A stretch of 59,231 nucleotides of DNA from a virus (taxonomy: Duplodnaviria; Caudoviricetes). Within the stretch, counting starts at the first letter, position 1, and each line of letters starts with the position of its first letter. This document shows, piece after piece, positions 8,024 to 18,378 of this stretch. Location: positions 1 to 59,231 of the IMG/VR virus record IMGVR_UViG_3300032212_000006. One strand, 5' to 3'. The notes beneath the pieces were generated by a model that was not told where the DNA came from, made no database searches, and saw only the letters and a list, made by a program, of their open reading frames with translations. Both the position numbers and the translations under genes were made by a program.

Positions 8024-9869
8024 TATAAACACACTAGATTTAGAGACTGCACCTAATGAGGGAGCTCCTCTAAATAATACATACGCTCTAGAGCCGTGGC
8101 GCTATAGGACTAATCAAGCAAGGATTACGTCCTGTGCTGTTGCGTATCCAGATTGTATTAAACAGATTCATGAAAAGAATAACTCTATTCTCGAATTAAA
8201 AGTACTACTTAAGTCATTAAAAGGTAAGCAAGTATACGCTCACAATGCACTCTTTGATATAGGTTGGCTTATAGAGTACGTTGGGTTTGATCTTGTTAAA
8301 GACATAAAATGGCGTGATTCACAATTACTATTCAAATGGATTTTAAATAGTCAAGCTACTGATAAAGTATTTTCTATGGCTTTGGACAACTTAGTTAAGA
8401 AGTATGTGAAGGAGCACCCTGATCTTGAAGAGTTCTTGGACATAAAGAAGAAAGAAGTTACGGCAGGTGAAGACTACGAATACTGGCTAAAACGCGGTAA
8501 GATGGATGCTGATTTAACAAGAGTACTAGTGCTTATTGGGTTAGAGTTAATGCCTGAATCTATGCACACTCAATTTATTCTTGAGCAATCTAATTTAGTA
8601 TTTGTATCTAGATCACAATTAAATGGTCTTGATATACATATGGGAAGCATGACAAAGCTTCAATCTAAAATACCAGAATTGACTGTTAAATTAGCTAAAG
8701 AAATAGGTATCACGGTTGCCACAGCTACATCGCCTAAACAATGTGTAAATTATGTTGAAAACGTATTAGGATTAAAACTTCCACTTAAAACACCTAAAGG
8801 CGCACCGTCTGCATCAAAAGATTCATTAATGCTTTTGCATTTTAGTCTATCTCAACTAAGAGACAAACGCCGACATAGTATAAAGCACTTATTAGATATT
8901 AAGAGCCTTAATACTACTAAGACAAAGTTTGTTGACGGTGCAATACGATGTAATGAGTATTTAGGTATGCCGAAAAGTATGTCATCACCTAGAATATTTG
9001 GTACATATACTGGTCGATTTACGTATAGTAATAAGATTATGAAAAAATTCCAAATAGGTTTGGCTACTCACCAATTACCAAGAAAGGGTCCTATACGTGG
9101 AGCTATACGTCCACCACCAGGTTATAAGGTTGGGGAATTGGATGCTGCAGCACAAGAAATGAGATTTATGGCTCATTTCTCACAAGATGAAACTATGGTC
9201 GATAATTTCAATAATGGAATAAACGCTCACTCGTCTATGGGATCTACAATAGGGCATATGGAATACGATGAGTTTCAGGCTAAATTTAAAGCTCAAGATA
9301 AGGAAGTTACTAATTTCAGATATGCAGGTAAACTCCTTAATTTAAGTTGTCAATACAGAATCTCAGGTAAAGCGTTGGCTAGTAAGTTCTTTTCTAATTA
9401 CCAAATTGTTATATCAGAGCAACAAGGTAGAGTTTACGAATCATTATATAGACAACATTATCCTGGAGTACCTAAATATTGGGATAATATAATTCGTAAA
9501 GGCCGTGAAAATGAATATGCTGAAAGTATAGGCGGTAGACGATTTGGAATTGATCGTTGGAGAGGTAGAAAATGGCAGTCTGAATCATCTGCTATAAATC
9601 ATCCTATTCAAGGTAGTGGTGCTGATCACAAGAATATAGTTATATCGTATGTAAGCATGAAGTACCCAGAAATGTTATTTGCTTTAGACTTACACGATGG
9701 TTTGTGGTTCTTCTACCCAGAAGAATGGACAGACGAAGATTTTATAGCAGTAAGAGACGATGTAAACACTATTAACTTCCATGATATTTGGAATTGTGAA
9801 CATGTCGTTGACTTCCCATTCGACGCTCAAGTCGGCACATCATTTGGTAATGTAAAGGAAATAGGTTAA
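8004..9869 (+). CDS. polA: family A DNA polymerase with 3'-5' exonuclease
   Basis: Exo DLET and HNALFD; TGRF; motif A LDAAAQEMR; motif B RYAGKLLNLSCQY; NHPIQGSGAD; motif C LHDG. ORF is open from 7950. Confidence 0.93.
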   Translation: MKINPNDINTLDLETAPNEGAPLNNTYALEPWRYRTNQARITSCAVAYPDCIKQIHEKNNSILELKVLLKSLKGKQVYAHNALFDIGWLIEYVGFDLVKDIKWRDSQLLFKWILNSQATDKVFSMALDNLVKKYVKEHPDLEEFLDIKKKEVTAGEDYEYWLKRGKMDADLTRVLVLIGLELMPESMHTQFILEQSNLVFVSRSQLNGLDIHMGSMTKLQSKIPELTVKLAKEIGITVATATSPKQCVNYVENVLGLKLPLKTPKGAPSASKDSLMLLHFSLSQLRDKRRHSIKHLLDIKSLNTTKTKFVDGAIRCNEYLGMPKSMSSPRIFGTYTGRFTYSNKIMKKFQIGLATHQLPRKGPIRGAIRPPPGYKVGELDAAAQEMRFMAHFSQDETMVDNFNNGINAHSSMGSTIGHMEYDEFQAKFKAQDKEVTNFRYAGKLLNLSCQYRISGKALASKFFSNYQIVISEQQGRVYESLYRQHYPGVPKYWDNIIRKGRENEYAESIGGRRFGIDRWRGRKWQSESSAINHPIQGSGADHKNIVISYVSMKYPEMLFALDLHDGLWFFYPEEWTDEDFIAVRDDVNTINFHDIWNCEHVVDFPFDAQVGTSFGNVKEIG

Positions 9870-10036
9870 TGATAAAACCTGAATTATCAAGTATACAGGA
9901 GTATAAATTAAGAACTAACCTTAAAGAAGGTAAAATTCTGTCATATGCTGTTGTAGTTGAGATGCCTGATAAAACATTACGTACTGTTGATGTATACGGT
10001 AGAATTAGAAAATATGATAAACCATCAAATAATTAA
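9869..10036 (+). CDS. small hypothetical protein (55 aa, not in ORF track)
   Basis: TAATG overlap with pol stop; open to TAA 10036. Confidence 0.5.
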   Translation: MIKPELSSIQEYKLRTNLKEGKILSYAVVVEMPDKTLRTVDVYGRIRKYDKPSNN

Positions 10037-10048
10037 GGATTAACTAAT

Positions 10049-10753
10049 ATGTCAGATTTTATAGCTTTAAGCCACTCAAAAATTAATACGTTTAACGGTT
10101 GTCCTAGACAATTCTTTTTACAGTATATATCTAAAGTCTACCCTAAAGAAGGAGATAATCCTTACTTTATAAAAGGTAATCGTATACATAAAGAGTTAGA
10201 AAATTATGTAGTATGGTTACTTGGTGATAAACAAGGTGATCAGCCTAAGATGGGCGATGAAGCTAAAAATGGGTTACCAATAGTTAATCGACTTATGAGT
10301 AAGTTCGATGACTGCTACCCAGAGCAAAAGTTATCAATGGATGATAAATTTAAAAAGGTTGGATGGTTTGATAAAAAGACTAGATGGCGTGTAATTTACG
10401 ATTTCTTAGCAATGAAAAACGATTTAGCTATGGTAGTAGATTATAAGACTGGTAAAGTTAGAGACTATGCTGGTTTTGGTGGTCAATTACATTTAGGTGC
10501 TTGGGTATTATTTAATATCAGACCAGAAATTCAGACTGTTAATAATGCTTACTTATATTTAGAACATAAACACACGGTATCTATTAAGTTAGAGCGTGAT
10601 AAAGATATGAATAAATTAACTGATCACTTCTTAGAAGTATTTGATACTATAAATAGTGAAAAGAATTTTGATGAAAAGAAAAATAAGAATTGCTATTTCT
10701 GTCTTGCTACGCCTGAAATGTGTTCTCAAAAGAAAGCTAAACGAGAACTATAA
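10049..10753 (+). CDS. PD-(D/E)XK, Cas4/RecB-like exonuclease
   Basis: SHSKI...CPRQF; E..D..VDYKTGK; QL; C-terminal CYFC...C (Fe-S ligands). Confidence 0.85.
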   Translation: MSDFIALSHSKINTFNGCPRQFFLQYISKVYPKEGDNPYFIKGNRIHKELENYVVWLLGDKQGDQPKMGDEAKNGLPIVNRLMSKFDDCYPEQKLSMDDKFKKVGWFDKKTRWRVIYDFLAMKNDLAMVVDYKTGKVRDYAGFGGQLHLGAWVLFNIRPEIQTVNNAYLYLEHKHTVSIKLERDKDMNKLTDHFLEVFDTINSEKNFDEKKNKNCYFCLATPEMCSQKKAKREL

Positions 10754-11070
10754 TGGCTAAGGGACCTGAAGCCAAAGTAAAAGATTGGCTACGAAAAGAA
10801 CTTAATAAAGAGTTTCCAAATATATGGATATACATGGCGCCTGGAGGTAAGTTTGGACGTAAAGGTGTACCAGATTTGTTATGTTCGATTGACGGATTCT
10901 TTGTAGCTATTGAAGTCAAAGCTGAAGAAGGTATGGAAGGTACGCCGTCTCAGAAATACGAGATAGGTTTACTTAAACAGTCTAAAGCTATAGCTTTTGT
11001 CATGGACGGCAAGAATGTCTTAAAATTAAGGACACTAATTAAGTTAATATACTCTAAGATAAATTCATAG
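10753..11070 (+). CDS. VRR-NUC nuclease (resolvase-like)
   Basis: PE..V...GVPDLL...FVAIEVKA...Q. Confidence 0.85.
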   Translation: MAKGPEAKVKDWLRKELNKEFPNIWIYMAPGGKFGRKGVPDLLCSIDGFFVAIEVKAEEGMEGTPSQKYEIGLLKQSKAIAFVMDGKNVLKLRTLIKLIYSKINS

Positions 11071-11116
11071 TATATTATATAAGTTAAATTTATTAAGAGA
11101 ATAGCGGAGAATTAAA

Positions 11117-11788
11117 ATGAATGTAAAGATGAATTGTATTACTCATCCATTAATACCTCGTGAAATAGCAGACAATGAGAGTAAGTTTGGACAAATAATG
11201 AATCCAGAAGAGTATATGATATACTGTGGACGTGTATCATCTCCAGATAATCGATTAAACCATGCTACTGCGCCTGGATTACTTAAATATTTAATCGATC
11301 ATCAACACTGGTCACCTTTTGAAATGATTTCTATAGGTATTGAGATTGAAACATCTCGTGCTATAGCACAACAAATGTTACGTCATCGCTCATTTAGTTT
11401 TCAAGAGTTTAGCCAACGCTACGCTAAAGTCGATAGTATGGAGCCTATTGAATTACGTAATAAAGCTGAAAAGAATCGTCAATCATCATCTGAACCAGTT
11501 ACTGACGATATGCTGAATGATAAAGCTAATGCAGCTGTAAAACTTTGTCAAGATGTATACGAAGACTTAGTAGATAATGGCGTATCAACTGAAACAGCAC
11601 GATTTATTCTTCCATTAACAACTCAAACTACAGTTATTATGCACGGCACATTACGTTCCTGGATTCACTTCTTTGCTCAGCGTTGTGATGATCACGCTCA
11701 AAAAGAAATTCGTGAAATTGCATTTGCAGCTCGTGAATTAATATCTAAACAATGTCCTTGGACTGCATCAGCTTTAGGTTGGGTTTAA
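11117..11788 (+). CDS. thyX: flavin-dependent thymidylate synthase
   Basis: Signature RHRSFSFQEFSQRY; HWSPFE; ARFILP; HAQKEIR. Confidence 0.95.
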   Translation: MNVKMNCITHPLIPREIADNESKFGQIMNPEEYMIYCGRVSSPDNRLNHATAPGLLKYLIDHQHWSPFEMISIGIEIETSRAIAQQMLRHRSFSFQEFSQRYAKVDSMEPIELRNKAEKNRQSSSEPVTDDMLNDKANAAVKLCQDVYEDLVDNGVSTETARFILPLTTQTTVIMHGTLRSWIHFFAQRCDDHAQKEIREIAFAARELISKQCPWTASALGWV

Positions 11789-11789
11789 T

Positions 11790-12011
11790 ATGACTGACGC
11801 ACAAGAACAATACGTTGAAGTAATAGATAAACAAATAGTCAAAGTAAGAGATAAAAGCTTTGGTATTATAGTTAGAAAACACTTATTATTTCACGAAGTT
11901 ATTGTGCGTCAAGCTAAACCTAGACGTGAATTCGTTACAACTGGTACTGAATCTGAAGTATTAAACATGAAAAAGAAAGGCCTTAAAAGTTTACTTAGGG
12001 GAAGAGTATGA
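11790..12011 (+). CDS. hypothetical protein
   Basis: Packed in operon. Confidence 0.55.
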   Translation: MTDAQEQYVEVIDKQIVKVRDKSFGIIVRKHLLFHEVIVRQAKPRREFVTTGTESEVLNMKKKGLKSLLRGRV

Positions 12012-12214
12012 GCGAATTACTATTAGCAATATCATTGGTATCTATAGCGCTATCAGGTATAATGTCTGTAAAGGTAGTACTAGATACGTATACTTATTTA
12101 TGGGATTATGAGTATAATAAATTAATGAAGTGGCCGTTTATTCAAAATGTAATACTTACTATGACATTATGGCTAACTACAATATCATTAATAATACCTT
12201 GTAGGTGTATTTAA
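12008..12214 (+). CDS. small two-TM membrane protein
   Basis: Two hydrophobic segments; ATGA overlap. Confidence 0.55.
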   Translation: MSELLLAISLVSIALSGIMSVKVVLDTYTYLWDYEYNKLMKWPFIQNVILTMTLWLTTISLIIPCRCI

Positions 12215-13608
12215 TGGGTTTATTAGTTCCATTTACTAAGTATTCTTGGCCTTCAAAATACGATAATCCTTTACAGAATCAAGTAAAGACAGTTAAGTTT
12301 ATGCTCGCTAATAAGCGAGGATTTATACTTAGTACTATGGGTACTGGTAAAACACTTAGCTGCCTATGGTTTTGTGATCTATTATACGTAAATACCAAAA
12401 TAACGAAGGTATTAATAGTAGCCCCATTATCTACGTTGCAAAGTGTTTGGGCAGACGAGATATTTTTTAATTTCTTAGGTGTGCCGTTTACTATATTACA
12501 CGGATCTAAACAAGAGCGTATCAAGCGATTAGATTCAGGTGCACTCTATTACATCATTAACCACGATGGTATAAAAGTTATTGAGCAAGAGCTAAGAGAT
12601 AAGAGATTTGACGTAATAATAATCGATGAATTAACCGCGTATAAAAATGCTAGGTCTGATAGAACTAAATGTATGAAGAGAATAGCAGACGGTAGCAAAA
12701 CAAAGCAACCTGCTGTATATGGTTTAACAGGTTCTATCACTGCAAATTCTCCATTAGACGCTTTTGGTCAAGCAAGAACTGTAAATCCTAATAATCCAAA
12801 ATTACCTAAATATTATGGTAGGTTTAGAGATTTACTTACTACCAAATTTGATGAGTTCACGTATATACCGAGGTTGGGTTGGGAGAATATATTAAAACCT
12901 ATGCTATACCCATCTATACGATTCACTATGGACGAGTGTATAGATTTACCACCTATTGTCTATGAAACTAGACAGTGTGATATGACTAAAGAACAAACAC
13001 GAGTATATAAAGATTTAAAGAATGACTATATAGCTCAATATAATGATGGACTTATTACAGCTGCAAATGCGGGTGTAAAGGTTTTAAAGCTATTACAAGT
13101 CAGTTGTGGTGCCGTAATAGATAAAGAAGGTACAGTTCAAGAATTTAGCAAGTCTCCAAAATTAAAAATCATTCAAGAAGTACATGAACAATTAGATAGA
13201 AAGAAATTAATAATATTCGTATTATTTAAAGCGTCTATAAAGCAAGTTGAAGAGTTTTTAAAATCTAAAAAGATATCGTGTGGAGTAATATCTGGCGATA
13301 TACCAATGAAGAAGCGATCTCAAGTATTTGATAGTTTTCAAAGAGGTGATTTAGAAGTTATAATAATTCAACCTTCAGCGGCAGCTCATGGGCTGACATT
13401 GACAGCAGCAAGCACTGTAATATGGTATACTCCAGTGCCGTCAAACGAAATATATATTCAGGCTAATGCACGAGTACGTAGACCTGGACAAAAATATAGA
13501 CAACTAGTTATACGATTAGAGTCATCACCTGTTGAACGTAAAATGTATAAAGCACTGGATAATAAAGATAAAATGAGTAATACATTATTATCTATGTTCC
13601 AAGAATAA
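12205..13608 (+). CDS. SNF2-family SF2 helicase
   Basis: MGTGKT, IIDEL, LTGS, HGLTLT, QANARVRRPGQ; probable start ATG 12214. Confidence 0.92.
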   Translation: MYLMGLLVPFTKYSWPSKYDNPLQNQVKTVKFMLANKRGFILSTMGTGKTLSCLWFCDLLYVNTKITKVLIVAPLSTLQSVWADEIFFNFLGVPFTILHGSKQERIKRLDSGALYYIINHDGIKVIEQELRDKRFDVIIIDELTAYKNARSDRTKCMKRIADGSKTKQPAVYGLTGSITANSPLDAFGQARTVNPNNPKLPKYYGRFRDLLTTKFDEFTYIPRLGWENILKPMLYPSIRFTMDECIDLPPIVYETRQCDMTKEQTRVYKDLKNDYIAQYNDGLITAANAGVKVLKLLQVSCGAVIDKEGTVQEFSKSPKLKIIQEVHEQLDRKKLIIFVLFKASIKQVEEFLKSKKISCGVISGDIPMKKRSQVFDSFQRGDLEVIIIQPSAAAHGLTLTAASTVIWYTPVPSNEIYIQANARVRRPGQKYRQLVIRLESSPVERKMYKALDNKDKMSNTLLSMFQE

Positions 13609-13676
13609 ATCACTGGGATTTAATATACAACGAAATAAATACGTAGTATAATATATCTATAAGTGAGGGAAATGTT

Positions 13677-14066
13677 ATGGCTAAAATAGATCAGGTAATC
13701 GCTAAATACTTAGAGTTTAGGGCTGAGTTAGACGCGAAACGTAAGCAATTTAAACAAGATGAGAAAGACTTAAAATTTAAGATGGAACGGTTATCTATGT
13801 GGATGGCCGGTCAATCTAAAGGTTTGGGTGTAAATAGTTTTGCTACAGATAGTGGCACTGCTTTTAAGCATACCAAGAAGGTTGTTAGGGTAGCTGATTG
13901 GGAACAAGTTCTCAAATTTATGTTAGAAACTGATAATCTTCAAATGTTAGAAAAACGTATCGGAAAAATTAATACTCTGGATATAATCGATGAAACAGGC
14001 GAAATTCCTCCAGGCGTAGAGTATTTTGAAGAGATTGAATTTCAAGTTCGTAAACCAACAAAATAG
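13677..14066 (+). CDS. conserved-type phage replication-module protein
   Basis: Promoter TATACA-N17-TATAAT (13624-13652); coiled-coil N-terminus; GTAF...DW...PPGV pattern. Confidence 0.7.
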   Translation: MAKIDQVIAKYLEFRAELDAKRKQFKQDEKDLKFKMERLSMWMAGQSKGLGVNSFATDSGTAFKHTKKVVRVADWEQVLKFMLETDNLQMLEKRIGKINTLDIIDETGEIPPGVEYFEEIEFQVRKPTK

Positions 14067-14074
14067 GAACTCTT

Positions 14075-14920
14075 ATGAGTAAAGACATAGTATTACCAGA
14101 CTATTTACGTGACCTTATGGAAGAAGGTAAGGTCGTAGACGATGCAGCAAACTTGATCACGGCTCAAGATTCTGTACCACGAATTTCACTTAAAGGTAAT
14201 AAGTTCAGTCTTATTGTTGACGGTGAAGTACAAGAAAAGATCAAAGAAGAAATGATGGTTATCATTTTAGGTACTCAACCTGATAAAGGTAACGCTAAAA
14301 CATTTTATCTTGGTGATTATGCTCCCGATGACAGCTCACCACCTGATTGTTCTTCTTCAAACGGTGTTAGTCCTGACGGTTGGGTTAGCAGTCCTCAAGC
14401 AGATCTATGCGCTACATGTCCTCAAAATAAATGGGGTTCAGCCGAATCAATGAGCGGTGGTAAGGCTAAAGCATGTCGCGATTCTAAACGACTTATGGTA
14501 TTAAATGCTAAAGATTTGGAAGGTCCTATTTACGTATTAAACGTAACTGTATCATCACTTAAAAATCTGACAGCATACGGTAAGCGTTTAGCTGAAGCAC
14601 ATATGCCCTTAGCTGCTGGCATTACCAAAGTAAGTCTTGATGAAGACAGCGATTTTCCTAAATTAGAGTTTGCTTTTGCAGGCGCTATGAAAGAAAAAAT
14701 GGGCGTTGCTATGCTTAAGCGTAGTTCTGAAAAAGAATGGGATACTGGCCCTGCTCTTGAAGCGCCTAAAGCTAAACCTGCACTGGCTCAATCAGAAGCT
14801 CCTACTGAAAAGGCCGAAGAAAAAGTCGTTGAAGGTACAGTCGAAAAAGATGACTCATCTGATGATAGCTCAACTACGGATGTAGATGACCTATTAGGTG
14901 ACTGGGAATCTGAAGACTAA
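14075..14920 (+). CDS. putative single-stranded DNA-binding protein
   Basis: PRIS, PDC.S, CATCPQNKWGS, GKAKAC; long acidic tail ending DDLLGDWESED. Confidence 0.65.
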   Translation: MSKDIVLPDYLRDLMEEGKVVDDAANLITAQDSVPRISLKGNKFSLIVDGEVQEKIKEEMMVIILGTQPDKGNAKTFYLGDYAPDDSSPPDCSSSNGVSPDGWVSSPQADLCATCPQNKWGSAESMSGGKAKACRDSKRLMVLNAKDLEGPIYVLNVTVSSLKNLTAYGKRLAEAHMPLAAGITKVSLDEDSDFPKLEFAFAGAMKEKMGVAMLKRSSEKEWDTGPALEAPKAKPALAQSEAPTEKAEEKVVEGTVEKDDSSDDSSTTDVDDLLGDWESED

Positions 14921-14966
14921 TATTAACTTGGGCCGTCTACATGAGGCCCACATTTAGGGTATACAA

Positions 14967-16616
14967 ATGAGTAAGTCACTATTATTAAGTTTAGGTCACG
15001 GTTCAAGTGCGGTGTATTTGGAAAACGGTGAAGTAGTTTGCGGCTATGAAGAAGAGCGATTAACACGAGTTAAATCTGATAGCAGATTTCCAATTAACGC
15101 CATTACTAAAATAACAGATCAACACGATTTGGACGGATGTGAAATTTATATAAGCCACTGGTTTATATTTGGTGAGTTGCCAGATGTACCAAATAAGTAC
15201 TACGATCCGCTTTGGATTGCAAGAACATTTCCTGATTCACCTATTTACAGTGTAAGTACTGAATTTACACATCATGATGCACACGCTTATTCAGCATTAG
15301 CATTTACAGATTTAGACGAATTCACTCAACATGATACGTTAGTCATTGTTGCAGATGGATTTGGAACAATGGGCGAGACTATGTCCATATACACATTACT
15401 AGATGGTTTACCTGAGTTACACCATCGTACCTTTGGATTTAGTTCTTCATTAGGCCTAATGTATCAGTACGCAACAAGTTATCTTGGCATGAAAGAAAAC
15501 CAAGACGAATACAAATTACTTGGTTATGAGTCTCAAATAGACACGCTATGTGCTACTAAAGATTTGAAGACTGATTTCATTCACTCATTTGCTTTAGCTG
15601 AAGTTAAGCGTCAAATGAAAGACATTAGTAAATACGATACAAATGAGCGCTTTGATCCCATATGTAATGTAGACGCATTACCTGCTTTAAAGCTAAAGTA
15701 CAGAGATCATTTTGATACTCTATTAAAACATTTGAATTGTGACTTTACTGACGAAGAAAAACGAATAGTGATAGCTTACTATGTGCAAATGAGATTAGAA
15801 ATGTCATTTGAAGCCATAATTAAGGCGTACGGTGTTAATAATCTAATATTATCAGGTGGCGTATTTATGAACGTCAAACTTAATAATTCTATCGTACAAC
15901 AAGTAAAAGGTAAAGTATCTATATTACCAATATGTGGTGATCAAGGTGCTCCTATCGGATTATACGATTATGTTAATAACGATTTTAAGTGGCCATATAA
16001 CTTATGTTGGGGTACACGTAGCTTATTCACAGGTGTAATGGATAATAGAATGTACTCTGTAGATAGCGAATCAATGGCATACCAATTTATGGTAGATTCA
16101 CTAAACAGAAATAAGATCGTTAATTTAGTACGTGGAGATATGGAATTCGGTTCTAGAGCATTATGTAATACTAGTACTATAGCCCTGCCAACTAAAGAAA
16201 ATGTGGAGTATATAAATACTCTTAATAATCGTTCAACTGTAATGCCTATGGCCCCTGTAATTCATGAAGATCATATGGACGACTTTTTCGACATATCTTA
16301 TAAGCGAGTACATAAGTCACTTGGGTATATGATATGTACGACTATGTTCAAAGTTATGAGTGATTTTATTAGAGGTGTTGCTCATAATGTTCCATTTTCT
16401 AATGAATTTACAGGTCGGCCTCAAGTTGTATCTGATTCTAGTAATCCTTTAATGGCTAAACTATGTAAACGGTTTAACGGTCCGTTAATAAATACTAGCT
16501 TTAATGTACACGGAGAACCTATAGTATATAGTATGAGTGATGTTAAAAGTAATCATGCATACCAAGTATCTCGTGATACAGAAAATCGTGTAGTAACAAT
16601 TATAGTGGAGAAGTAA
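14967..16616 (+). CDS. NodU/CmcH/TobZ-family O-carbamoyltransferase (putative 5hmC carbamoyltransferase)
   Basis: GHGSSA, EEERLTRVK, HHDAHA, DGFG, SLGLMY, GGVFMNVKLN, GDQG, MEFGSRAL, NTSFNVHGEP. Confidence 0.92.
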   Translation: MSKSLLLSLGHGSSAVYLENGEVVCGYEEERLTRVKSDSRFPINAITKITDQHDLDGCEIYISHWFIFGELPDVPNKYYDPLWIARTFPDSPIYSVSTEFTHHDAHAYSALAFTDLDEFTQHDTLVIVADGFGTMGETMSIYTLLDGLPELHHRTFGFSSSLGLMYQYATSYLGMKENQDEYKLLGYESQIDTLCATKDLKTDFIHSFALAEVKRQMKDISKYDTNERFDPICNVDALPALKLKYRDHFDTLLKHLNCDFTDEEKRIVIAYYVQMRLEMSFEAIIKAYGVNNLILSGGVFMNVKLNNSIVQQVKGKVSILPICGDQGAPIGLYDYVNNDFKWPYNLCWGTRSLFTGVMDNRMYSVDSESMAYQFMVDSLNRNKIVNLVRGDMEFGSRALCNTSTIALPTKENVEYINTLNNRSTVMPMAPVIHEDHMDDFFDISYKRVHKSLGYMICTTMFKVMSDFIRGVAHNVPFSNEFTGRPQVVSDSSNPLMAKLCKRFNGPLINTSFNVHGEPIVYSMSDVKSNHAYQVSRDTENRVVTIIVEK

Positions 16617-16618
16617 AA

Positions 16619-17011
16619 GTGATAAATACTGAACAAGTAATTGATTTTAACCAAACAGTTCTTGGCGTTGAAGCAAGACTTAAGGGGTTATTAGAAAATG
16701 CGGAACTATCAATTAGCCATAAGTGTATGGTGGAAGAAGCCGATGAATTGCTCACAGCTCATAAAGAATTCGATTTTATTGGTTCTGTGGACGCATGCCT
16801 TGACTCTATCTATTTCAGCGTTGGCGTACTATATAAACTTGGATTGACGTCTAAAGAAATGAGTGATTGTTTTGACGCAGTCCATAACGCTAATATGGAA
16901 AAGAAAAAAGGCACTAACGCAAAACGTGATACTGGTGCAGCTGACGCAGTTAAACCTGAAGGTTGGATTGCACCTGAAAAACGAATTGCTAAAATCTTAG
17001 GTATGGATTAA
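16619..17011 (+). CDS. MazG/PRA-PH-like nucleotide pyrophosphohydrolase (putative dCTPase)
   Basis: EEADE...DACLDSIY...VHNANMEK...KPEGW. Confidence 0.85.
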   Translation: MINTEQVIDFNQTVLGVEARLKGLLENAELSISHKCMVEEADELLTAHKEFDFIGSVDACLDSIYFSVGVLYKLGLTSKEMSDCFDAVHNANMEKKKGTNAKRDTGAADAVKPEGWIAPEKRIAKILGMD

Positions 17012-17556
17012 TGGCTATAATTTTAGAAGGCCCAGATAACGCTGGCAAAACAACACTTAGCAATTTGTTAAGTGATAAATTAAAGCTGCCTGTATTTCAT
17101 TCAGGCGGTCCACCTAAAAATAATAGTCATGCTAAAGTATGTTGTGACTTACAAAACTCATTAGCACATACTAATTGTGTATTAGATAGAATAACATCTA
17201 TTAGTCAACAAGTGTATGCTAATCGTTTAAATGATCCTATGTTACTTGATGAGTTGGAAAAATTATGTAATATACCTACCAATATAATTGTGTATTGTCG
17301 TCCATCAAATGAAAAACTGATGGATTTTTCAACTCATACAGTTGAAGAGCATGATACTGAAGATCATATGGCTTACGTCATTGAGAACCATCAAAATATA
17401 GTATCTATCTACGACAGACTCATGGTTAGTGTACCACATTTACATTACGACTGGTCAAGTGATATAAACGTAGATCATTTTATTAAGCAGTTACACTTAT
17501 GTATTAATATCCCTAATTATAAGGATAATATTTTACTTAAGCCTATAAAGCTCTAG
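17011..17556 (+). CDS. deoxynucleoside monophosphate kinase
   Basis: IILEGPDNAGKTT P-loop; LDR motif. Confidence 0.85.
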   Translation: MAIILEGPDNAGKTTLSNLLSDKLKLPVFHSGGPPKNNSHAKVCCDLQNSLAHTNCVLDRITSISQQVYANRLNDPMLLDELEKLCNIPTNIIVYCRPSNEKLMDFSTHTVEEHDTEDHMAYVIENHQNIVSIYDRLMVSVPHLHYDWSSDINVDHFIKQLHLCINIPNYKDNILLKPIKL

Positions 17557-17565
17557 GAGAAGACT

Positions 17566-18378
17566 ATGTCACAAGGCGAAACGTTTTTGAAATTGTACGA
17601 AGATGTAATGACTAACGGTCAAGTCATTTCACCTCGTGGAGAAAAAGTATTAGAGATAGAAGATTATCAATTTACTTTAGACCCATATGAACGATTTACA
17701 TCTTTTAACGCACGTAAATTGAGTCTTAAATATATTAAGGCTGAACTTATTTGGTATTTACGAGCTAACCCATATGATACCATGATTACTGAGCACGCTC
17801 AAATATGGACTGATTTACGTCAGCCTGATGGTCAATTCTTTTCTAACTATGGTCAATATTTATTCGATCAAAACACTGGCATATTTAATGTTATGGAAAC
17901 ATTAGTAAATGATAAAGATTCTCGTAGAGCGATCATATCATTACTTCAGCCTAAGCATTTATTTATAGACAATAAAGATGTTGTTTGTACATATAATTTA
18001 AGTTTCCGTATTCGTAATAACAAGTTAAATATGTCAGTAAACATGAGAAGTAACGATGCAGTTTGGGGTACTACTAATGACGTAGCTGCCTTCTCATTCG
18101 TACATGAGATGTTATTTACTTATTTAAAAGATCACTATATTGATCTGGAATTAGGTACTTACACTCACAAGGTAGATTCTATTCATATCTACGAACGTCA
18201 TTTTGAAATGGCAAAAGCAATCATCGATGAAGGTACCAAAGGTTATTATGAGTTAACTGTACCTAAAATGAAAAGTAGTGATGAGTTAGAGCAATTACTC
18301 ATTACAGTTAAATCAGGTCAATTTAATTCTGACTATGAAAGTGAAGAATCTTCATTTACTAATTGGTTGCTATCATGA
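17566..18378 (+). CDS. thymidylate-synthase-family enzyme, probable dCMP hydroxymethylase
   Basis: SRRA, catalytic DVVC, RSNDAVWGTTND (Asp at the specificity position as in T4 gp42), SIHIYERH. Confidence 0.85.
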   Translation: MSQGETFLKLYEDVMTNGQVISPRGEKVLEIEDYQFTLDPYERFTSFNARKLSLKYIKAELIWYLRANPYDTMITEHAQIWTDLRQPDGQFFSNYGQYLFDQNTGIFNVMETLVNDKDSRRAIISLLQPKHLFIDNKDVVCTYNLSFRIRNNKLNMSVNMRSNDAVWGTTNDVAAFSFVHEMLFTYLKDHYIDLELGTYTHKVDSIHIYERHFEMAKAIIDEGTKGYYELTVPKMKSSDELEQLLITVKSGQFNSDYESEESSFTNWLLS

